Source: Sedimentisphaerales bacterium (lineage in GTDB: Bacteria; Planctomycetota; Phycisphaerae; Sedimentisphaerales; SM23-30). From it: 64,000 nucleotides of DNA. How positions within the stretch are numbered: the stretch's first letter is position 1; each line of letters opens with the position of its first letter. This document shows, in pieces, positions 56,635-64,000 of this stretch. Position numbers and translations under genes: made by a program. The notes under the pieces were generated by a model. It had not been told where the DNA came from, searched no databases, and saw only the letters and a program-made list of their open reading frames with translations. The DNA is taken from the NCBI GenBank assembly GCA_963663965.2, contig CAXXFK010000028.1, positions 384,001 to 448,000 of the forward strand, read 5' to 3'.

Positions 56635-59436
56635 ATGCATACCAGAACTCTCTTTCTATCGGATCATCTGAAAAACAGGTGTTTACCTTCCACTGGAAAC
56701 AGCTTTTCCATTAAAAATCCCGTCTCTCTACTGGTTGCTATAGCTTACCTGTTCTATGTTCCTCTTATTTCTGTAACCAAAGCTGAAACATCACCCCGCG
56801 AGCGAATGCTATTTAATTCCGACTGGTATTTCCATAAAGGTGATCCAGATCAGTATTCTGCCTTGCTGGTTTATGATCGGGTTTTCAGCCGGTCAAAAGC
56901 CCGTTCTAAATCAGATAAAACGGATGAGCCCAATAAAATCGTGATAGAGCTGAAACCATGGATTCTCCCCAATGGCAATGCATTTATTAAGGATGCTGAT
57001 AAACATTACTCGCGACCGGAAGGCTCACCCGGGCATGATTGCCCGTTTGTAAAATTAGATTTCGATGACAGCTCTTGGGAAAAAATAGAGTTGCCTCATG
57101 ACTGGGCAATTAAAGGGCCGTTTCTTCAAGGCGAAGGTAACGGTATCGGCGGCGGCATGGGACGTCTGCCCAGTCCGGGAATTGGCTGGTATCGAAAGAA
57201 GTTTTTTGTCCCTGCGGCGGATGCCGGTAAAATGGTTTATCTCGACATCGACGGGGCCATGTCCTATGCCACCGTCTGGATCAATGGCAATCTGGCCGGC
57301 GGTTGGCCCTATGGCTACGCCTCCTGGCGTGTAAATCTCACCCCATATATAGAAATTGACCGGGAGAACCAGCTGGCCATTCGCCTGGACAATCCGCCGG
57401 AATCATCCCGCTGGTATCCCGGTGGAGGGCTCTATCGCAATGTATGGCTGTCAAAAACATCCCCGGTTCATGTTTCGCAATGGGGCACATTTATTCGATC
57501 CAGTGAGGTCACTGCTGAATCTGCCCTGATCGAGCTGGAATTGGAAATTGAAAACAATTCCAGAGCGGATACCCTCATTGAAGCCTCAACGGACGTATTT
57601 GAAACCGATGTCCAGGGCGATCCATCCGGCAAGCCAGTCGCAGTATTTGACCCTGTAACCATCACCGTTAATGCGAACAGAAAAACCAAAACTCCATTTT
57701 CGGCCCGGATCAACAGACCCCGTTTGTGGGGACCGCCGCCCGATCAGAAACCCAATCTTTATTGTGCGCTTACTACCCTGCGCCAGAACAATCAAGTGAT
57801 GGATCGCTACCAAACCCGGTTTGGCATACGAACCTTGGATTTTAACCCCGACAAAGGTCTGTTCGTCAATAATCAACCGGTTTATCTCAGGGGCGTTAAC
57901 CAGCATCACGATCTGGGTTCGCTGGGGGCGGCTTTCAACCTGCGTGCGGCAGAACGGCAACTGGAAGTACTCCGTGAAATGGGTTGTAACGCGATACGAA
58001 TGTCTCATAATCCTCCAGCGCCGGAATTGCTCGACCTGACAGATCGTATGGGATTTCTGGTCGTTGATGAAGTATTCGATGTCTGGGAAAGGAAAAAAAC
58101 AGATTATGATTTTCACCTGATTTTTGCAGACTGGTCGGAGCAGGATCTGCGCGCGATGATCCGGCGCGACCGGAACCATCCTTCCATTATCCTATGGAGT
58201 ATTGGCAACGAAGTCGGCGAACAGTACACTGGCCCACAAGGTGCAGAGGTTGCCCGCAGGCTTCATCATATCGCCAGGCAGGAAGATACCTCCCGGCCAA
58301 CCACCACAGCCATGAATTATGCCAAACCCGATATGCCCTTGCCGGAGGTCGTCGATGTTATTTCTCTGAATTATCAGGGTGAAGGTATCCGAAACGCCCC
58401 GGCATATGCCGGCCTTAAAGGGATCAATACTCCGCCTTTGTATGAAGCGTTTCATGAAGCCTTTCCCCAAAAGCTGATCGTCAGCAGCGAAAATGCCGCC
58501 GCGCTCAGTTCTCGCGGAGTATATACCTTTCCGGTGGACGAAGGAATCAGCGCCCCGATCCGGGATAACTCAGGCGGTGATCCTTCCGCCTGTCAGGTCA
58601 GCGCCTACGAGCTTTATACTGCCGATTTCGGATCTTCGGCGGATAAGGTATTTGCTGCTCAGGATAAATATCCTTTTGTAGCCGGCGGATTCGTCTGGAG
58701 TGGTTGGGATTATCTGGGTGAACCAACCCCATACTATCGAGCGCGCAGTTCCTATTTTGGCATAATTGACCTGGCCGGATTCCCCAAAGGCCGTTTTTAT
58801 CTGTATCAATCCCACTGGCGGCCGGAGTTACCAATGGTTCATATCCTGCCACACTGGAACTGGCCCAAACGCATGGGTCAGATTACGCCAGTCCATGTAT
58901 TTACCTCTGGTGACGAAGCCGAACTGTTCCTGAATGATATATCTCTTGGACGCAAGAAGAAGGAAAAATACCAATATCGTCTTCGCTGGGATGATATTGT
59001 TTATCAACCGGGTACGCTGAAAGTGATCGCATGGAAAAATGGGTCTGAATGGGCTCAGGCGAGTATCCAGACTACGGGTAGTCCTGCCAGTATATGTACA
59101 ATTGCTGACCGGGATGTGGTCCAGGCGGATGGCTGCGATCTTTCCTATCTTTCGGTCGAGGTCCTGGACCAGAACGGCCTGACCGTGCCCAATGCCGACA
59201 ATCTGGTTTATTTTACTATAGAAGGTCCCGGCGAGATTGTTTCAACAGATAATGGTGATCCGACCGATTTTACCTCGTTTGGTTCACCTTCCCGCAAGGC
59301 ATTTAATGGCCGCTGTCTGGCGATTATTCGTGGCTTTTCCGGTCAGAACGGCACCATTATTGTTAAAGCGATGTCTGATTCATTGACTGGTTCCAAAATC
59401 GAAATCCAGAGTAAATCCATAATGGACAGTCAGTAA
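56635..59436 (+). CDS. GH2 glycoside hydrolase (beta-galactosidase-like)
   Basis: LPHDW, SRWYPGGG, HHDLG, NAIRMSHNPP, WSIGNE, DYLGEP, HILPHW, DNGDP. Confidence 0.93.
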   Translation: MHTRTLFLSDHLKNRCLPSTGNSFSIKNPVSLLVAIAYLFYVPLISVTKAETSPRERMLFNSDWYFHKGDPDQYSALLVYDRVFSRSKARSKSDKTDEPNKIVIELKPWILPNGNAFIKDADKHYSRPEGSPGHDCPFVKLDFDDSSWEKIELPHDWAIKGPFLQGEGNGIGGGMGRLPSPGIGWYRKKFFVPAADAGKMVYLDIDGAMSYATVWINGNLAGGWPYGYASWRVNLTPYIEIDRENQLAIRLDNPPESSRWYPGGGLYRNVWLSKTSPVHVSQWGTFIRSSEVTAESALIELELEIENNSRADTLIEASTDVFETDVQGDPSGKPVAVFDPVTITVNANRKTKTPFSARINRPRLWGPPPDQKPNLYCALTTLRQNNQVMDRYQTRFGIRTLDFNPDKGLFVNNQPVYLRGVNQHHDLGSLGAAFNLRAAERQLEVLREMGCNAIRMSHNPPAPELLDLTDRMGFLVVDEVFDVWERKKTDYDFHLIFADWSEQDLRAMIRRDRNHPSIILWSIGNEVGEQYTGPQGAEVARRLHHIARQEDTSRPTTTAMNYAKPDMPLPEVVDVISLNYQGEGIRNAPAYAGLKGINTPPLYEAFHEAFPQKLIVSSENAAALSSRGVYTFPVDEGISAPIRDNSGGDPSACQVSAYELYTADFGSSADKVFAAQDKYPFVAGGFVWSGWDYLGEPTPYYRARSSYFGIIDLAGFPKGRFYLYQSHWRPELPMVHILPHWNWPKRMGQITPVHVFTSGDEAELFLNDISLGRKKKEKYQYRLRWDDIVYQPGTLKVIAWKNGSEWAQASIQTTGSPASICTIADRDVVQADGCDLSYLSVEVLDQNGLTVPNADNLVYFTIEGPGEIVSTDNGDPTDFTSFGSPSRKAFNGRCLAIIRGFSGQNGTIIVKAMSDSLTGSKIEIQSKSIMDSQ

Positions 59437-59457
59437 AATACCTGAAGAGGATATTCG

Positions 59458-60699
59458 ATGAAAATAATGACAAACAGGACACACGTGATTTTTTCGATAG
59501 TGGCACTCTCTTTATTTTTGATTGCTGCTACCAGCTACGCCCAACAACAAACAATTCAGCCGGAGGATGGTTTGCATTGGGTTGGCACATGGGCCAGTTC
59601 GGCCCAGGAAGTGGAAGCTGACCTGATGCCCGCCGAATTCAAACAATTAAACGATACGACAATACGTCAGGTGGTACGCGTGTCGGGTGGTGGAGAAAAG
59701 ATACGCGTCCGGTTTTCCAATGCTTTTGCCGATTGGCAGGATAACCTGAGAATCAGCCATGCCTGCGTCGCCGTGGCTGGCGAAGGCAGCGCCGTTGAAC
59801 CGGAAACGATTAAACTGCTAACCTTTGCCGGGAATACTGCGGTAACCATTCCCTATGGAACGCTGTTTGTTTCAGATCCGGTTGAATTCAAACTGAAACC
59901 CGGTTCAGATCTGGCGGTAACGATTCATGTTGCAAAGGCCCCGAGAAAAGTCACTGGACATCGCAGTGCCAGAGGCGAATTCGTTTTTATCCAGTCCGGA
60001 AATATCCTATCCGAGAGAGAATTGCCCGCTTCCGCTCCGAACAAATGCTGGTATTATCTTTGTGGTGTGGATGTGCTGGCCCCTCAATCTGCTGGCGCTG
60101 TGGTTTGTCTGGGTGATTCGATTACGGATGGAAAAGGATCAACCGAGGGCCAAAATCGTCGCTGGCCGGATTATCTGGCGCGTCGGTTGCAAGCCAATCC
60201 AGATACGGCCCGGTTCGGCGTGTTGAACCAGGGTATCGGTGGCAATTGCCTCTGGTCCGGCGGGCTCGGCCAGTCGGCGCTTCAGCGCTTGGAACGTGAT
60301 GTTCTTGCCCAGCCGGCCGCCCGCTGGCTGATTGTCCAGGAAGGCATCAATGATCTCGGGGGCGGACGCACCTCTGCCGAGGATATCATTATCTCCTTGC
60401 AGCAGATCATAACCCGGTCACGCTCCTGCGGTATGCGGGTCTACGGATCTACCATCCTTCCCTGTGGCGACTCTTTTTACTTCAGTGCGGAATTGGAAGC
60501 TAAGCGCCAGAAGATCAATGAATGGATTCGGAATAGCGGTTCGTTCGATGCTGTCATTGACTGGGATCAGATGGTCCGTGATCCACAAAATACTGCGAAG
60601 CTGCTTCTTGAGGCGGATTGTGGCGATCATCTCCATCTGAGTGATGAGGGATACCGAATAATGGCCGATGCGGTAGATCTGAAACTGTTCTCAAACTAA
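59458..60699 (+). CDS. Secreted SGNH/GDSL esterase
   Basis: WVGTW, GDSITDG, GIGGN, GIND, DHLH. Confidence 0.9.
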   Translation: MKIMTNRTHVIFSIVALSLFLIAATSYAQQQTIQPEDGLHWVGTWASSAQEVEADLMPAEFKQLNDTTIRQVVRVSGGGEKIRVRFSNAFADWQDNLRISHACVAVAGEGSAVEPETIKLLTFAGNTAVTIPYGTLFVSDPVEFKLKPGSDLAVTIHVAKAPRKVTGHRSARGEFVFIQSGNILSERELPASAPNKCWYYLCGVDVLAPQSAGAVVCLGDSITDGKGSTEGQNRRWPDYLARRLQANPDTARFGVLNQGIGGNCLWSGGLGQSALQRLERDVLAQPAARWLIVQEGINDLGGGRTSAEDIIISLQQIITRSRSCGMRVYGSTILPCGDSFYFSAELEAKRQKINEWIRNSGSFDAVIDWDQMVRDPQNTAKLLLEADCGDHLHLSDEGYRIMADAVDLKLFSN

Positions 60700-60755
60700 C
60701 AGAATGAAATGAGTTGAATTAGTAAATTGTAATAATCTATTGTAGAGAGATTGAT

Positions 60756-61872
60756 ATGAAAAATTATATCCCATCTTGTTTGATTAGTATATTTATGGTA
60801 TTTAGTTTGGTTGGAAATGTTATAGGTTCAGAAATACCTGAACTGAAGCAGGTATACAAAGACTATTTTCTAGTTGGCGGGGCTTTGAACCGTAATCTTG
60901 TCTATGGCAAAGATCCCAATGCCGCCGAAATTGCCATCACCCAGTTCAATACCGTGACCTCGGAAAATGATATGAAATGGTCATCGATCCATCCCTGGCC
61001 GGATCGATATAACTGGGAACCGGCGGACCGTTTTGTAGATTTCGCATTGCATAACAAAATGGTTCCCATTGGTCATTGTCTGGTCTGGCACAGCCAGGTG
61101 CCCCGCTGGACATTCAGCGACAATTCCGGGAATCCACTTACCCGTGAAACCCTGCTCACCAGGATGAAAGAGCACATTACCTCGGTGGTTGGCCGTTACC
61201 GGGGGGAAAGTGAAGGGTTGGGATGTCGTGAACGAGGCATTAAATGAAGATGGATCCTTGCGCATCAGTCCATGGCTGAGAATCATCGGAGAAGATAAGC
61301 TGGAACAGCAATATGATTATATTGCCAAAGCGTTTGAATACGCTCATCAGGCCGATCCCCAAGCGGAGTTATATTACAATGACTATAGTCTGGAAAGAAG
61401 CAGAAAAAAATGCGATGGCGCCGTTGCGTTGGTAAAATACCTCCAATCAAAAAACATTCGGATTGATGGTGTGGGCATCCAGTTGCATGGCGGATTGGAT
61501 TATCCCGAAAAGGAAACCTTGGAATACTGTATAACAGCTTTGGCTGATACCGGTGTTAAGGTGATGGTTACGGAGCTTGATATCCGGACCCGATCCCGTG
61601 GATATCGGGGTGCGGATATCGGCAGGATCAGCAGGGAGAGCACCTCGGATGCGAATGCAGAATCAGAACAAATCCAGCAACAACTCGCGCAAAAGTACGC
61701 TGAACTGTTTTCCATTTTTGTTAAACATAAGAAAACAATCTCCCGGGTCACGTTTTGGGGTGTCTATGATGCGACTTCATGGATTGGTGGCTCGCCACTG
61801 CTTTTTGATAGAAATTATCAGCCCAAACCGGCTTTCAACGCCGTGGTTAATCTTGTACCAATAGAGCAATAG
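60756..61872 (+). pseudogene. GH10 endo-1,4-beta-xylanase split by a +1 frameshift
   Basis: ENDMKW and GHCLVWHSQ in one frame; WDVVNE, YNDY, GIQLH, TELD, TFWG in the next; switch at the G6 run 61201-61206. Confidence 0.85.
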
Positions 61873-61954
61873 TTGAGTCACAATGGTTTATGTATCTTGC
61901 TATGGAATTGCCGAGTTATTCTTTCTAAAACATCGCTTGCAGGAGTACCTGAAT

Positions 61955-64000
61955 ATGAAGTTAAACAGACAAGTATTTCACAATTATTTTGATTCTAAAA
62001 AATTATATTCAATAGGATCTTTGCCCAAGAAATGGATTTACGGTTGCGTGGTAATAATTCTGATGTCAGTGGGGATAACGTTTGCCTCCGAAGCTCCTGC
62101 GGCGTGGAAGGAAATAGCCAACGCTCGGATTGCCAGGTTGCGTCAACGTGAGGTGCATTTGCGTCTGGAAGACAGTCAGGGCAATCCGTCTGCCGGCGTT
62201 TCGGTGTATCTCCGCCAGAACCGCAAGACGTTTCCTTTTGGATCAGCCATGAGTTGGACCTTGCTGCGTAACGAACGTTATGCTCAATTCTTTAAGGAGC
62301 ACTTCAACTGGGCGGTCTTTGGCAATGAGTCAAAGTGGTATTCCAACGAACGTGACCGGGGTCGGGAAGACTACCGTTCTGCCGACGCTTTGCTGGACTG
62401 GTGTCAAACCAATAACATCCCGGTACGGGGCCATTGTATCTTCTGGGAGCCGGAGAAATGGCAACCCCGTTGGGTCAGGGAACTCTCGGGCGACCCTTTG
62501 CGTCAGGCGGTTGAAAAACGGCTCACGAGTGTCGTGACTCATTTTGATGGCAGGTTTGTCCATTGGGATGTAAACAATGAAATGCTGCATGGATCATTCT
62601 TTAAAGATGGACTGGGTGAGTCGATCTGGCCCTGGATGTTCAAACGAACACATGAATTGGACCCTGAGGCCAGACTCTTCGTAAACGATTTCAATATCCT
62701 TTCAGTGGATCAGGATTTTAAACAAGTGCAAACGGATGAATATATTGCCGGCATTCGCCGCCTGATCGAACAGGGTGCGCCAATTCACGGTATCGGTATC
62801 CAGGGCCACATCTGGTATGAAGATATTCTGGCCAATCCAGGTATCCTGAAAGAACGGCTCGACAAGATTGCGGCTTTGAAGCTGCCGATCTGGATTACCG
62901 AGTTTGATGTGGCCGACGCCAGTGAAACCAGTTGTGCCGATAAACTGGAACTGGTCTATCGTACGGCCTACAGTCATCCGGCCGTAGAAGGAATCATGAT
63001 GTGGGTCTTCTGGGCAGGAGATTCCTGGCGCGGGAAAAATGCAGGATTGGCTCATCAGGACTGGACTCTCAATGAGGCGGGTAAACGGTACGAAGCCCTG
63101 ATGGATGAATGGACTACTGAAATATCCGGAACTACTGATGAAAACGGTATCCTGGCGTTCCGAGGATTCCATGGCGATTATGAGGCGAAGGTTGTTAGTG
63201 CCAATGGTTCTGAAACAGAAGCAAGCTTTTCTGTCGATAAGGGTAAAGAAGTGCAAAAAGTAATCATTCAACTGCAAAGTGCGTCGGCCGGATCCGTTAC
63301 CGGACTCAAATCCAATACGAACTCAAATGAAAATAAAGACTTGAATGTGATACCATTTTCTGCCCCGCTTAAATGGAAATCGTCCAGTATACTTGTCAAT
63401 CCCATTTCTGACGAGACGCATAAGATAGTATCGGTGAAAGATCCGACGATCGTCCGTTACAATGGCCTTTGGCATATTTATGCGACCGCCTACTCCAATT
63501 CCGCCAGAACCTGGAGTATGGTATATCTGAACTTCAAAGACTTCTCTGAAGCCCCCAATGCAAAGCTCCATTATATCGATTTAAATCCGGATTTGCGAGG
63601 TTACCACTGCGCTCCCAATTTATTCTATTTCCGGCCACATAAGAAATGGTATCTGGTTTTCCAGTCTCAACAGCCGCAATATTGTACGACTGACGACCTT
63701 TCTAAGCCGGAAACTTGGACTAAGCCTGAGGATTTCTTTGCAGGGAAACCGAGCGGCGCTCCGCAGCTCTGGATCGATTACTGGGTGATCTGCGACGACA
63801 CGCATGCTTATTTGTATTTTACGGGTGATAATGGCCGTGTGTATCGTAGTCGCACTAAGATTGAGGACTTTCCCAAAGGCATGAGTAATCCGGAAATCTG
63901 CATTGAAGGGCCGCGTAATGACGTCTTCGAAGGCAGTATGACCTATAAAATTAAAGGAATGGATTCCTATCTGACTCTGGTCGAAGCCATTGGACCGGCT
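61955..64000 (+). CDS. GH10 xylanase-GH62 arabinofuranosidase fusion, 3'-truncated by the window edge
   Basis: AGGAG RBS and ATG 61955; own translation gives FNWAVFGNESKWY, RGHCIFW, WDVNNEMLH, IQGH, WITEFD (GH10), then VKDPT, APNLFYF, WIDYWVICDD, GDNG, FEGS (GH62); frame open to 64000. Confidence 0.9.
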   Translation, partial: MKLNRQVFHNYFDSKKLYSIGSLPKKWIYGCVVIILMSVGITFASEAPAAWKEIANARIARLRQREVHLRLEDSQGNPSAGVSVYLRQNRKTFPFGSAMSWTLLRNERYAQFFKEHFNWAVFGNESKWYSNERDRGREDYRSADALLDWCQTNNIPVRGHCIFWEPEKWQPRWVRELSGDPLRQAVEKRLTSVVTHFDGRFVHWDVNNEMLHGSFFKDGLGESIWPWMFKRTHELDPEARLFVNDFNILSVDQDFKQVQTDEYIAGIRRLIEQGAPIHGIGIQGHIWYEDILANPGILKERLDKIAALKLPIWITEFDVADASETSCADKLELVYRTAYSHPAVEGIMMWVFWAGDSWRGKNAGLAHQDWTLNEAGKRYEALMDEWTTEISGTTDENGILAFRGFHGDYEAKVVSANGSETEASFSVDKGKEVQKVIIQLQSASAGSVTGLKSNTNSNENKDLNVIPFSAPLKWKSSSILVNPISDETHKIVSVKDPTIVRYNGLWHIYATAYSNSARTWSMVYLNFKDFSEAPNAKLHYIDLNPDLRGYHCAPNLFYFRPHKKWYLVFQSQQPQYCTTDDLSKPETWTKPEDFFAGKPSGAPQLWIDYWVICDDTHAYLYFTGDNGRVYRSRTKIEDFPKGMSNPEICIEGPRNDVFEGSMTYKIKGMDSYLTLVEAIGPA

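Noticed and set aside
61204..61210. GGGAAAG as a programmed -1 frameshift site
   Set aside because: Restoring the GH10 frame needs +1, not -1

Overview
Bacterial chromosomal window. Gene-family content points to Planctomycetota, probably Phycisphaerae/Sedimentisphaerales-like (inference). (1) 1-6.4 kb: end of a flagellar cluster (flhB-flhA-flhF-flhG-orf-fliA) with an internal sigma-28-type promoter. (2) 6.4-16.8 kb: an accessory zone with palindromic/REP-like repeats, a pilin-like (DUF1559-type) gene, a secreted hydrolase, AT-rich orphan genes bracketed by ~125-bp direct repeats, an ISL3 element with an 8-bp target duplication inside a mosaic hairpin array, and an uncharacterised STGPKT-EGK protein. 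(3) 16.8-31.4 kb: a minus-strand cluster of secreted Ig/LamG proteins with dockerin-like tails, a pilin-like gene, an ECF sigma/FecR pair and a secreted FAD oxidoreductase. (4) 32.6-44 kb: a CotH kinase-VTC-DUF4956 operon converging on a giant lamin-tail/CotH protein. (5) 45.5-64 kb: an ECF/FecR-headed xylan locus (tandem esterase, GH51, GH43, GH115, GH2, SGNH, frameshifted GH10, and a GH10-GH62 fusion running off the window and absent from the ORF track). I recognised no rRNA, tRNA or CRISPR. All family calls are by-eye motif recognition; no database searches were run.
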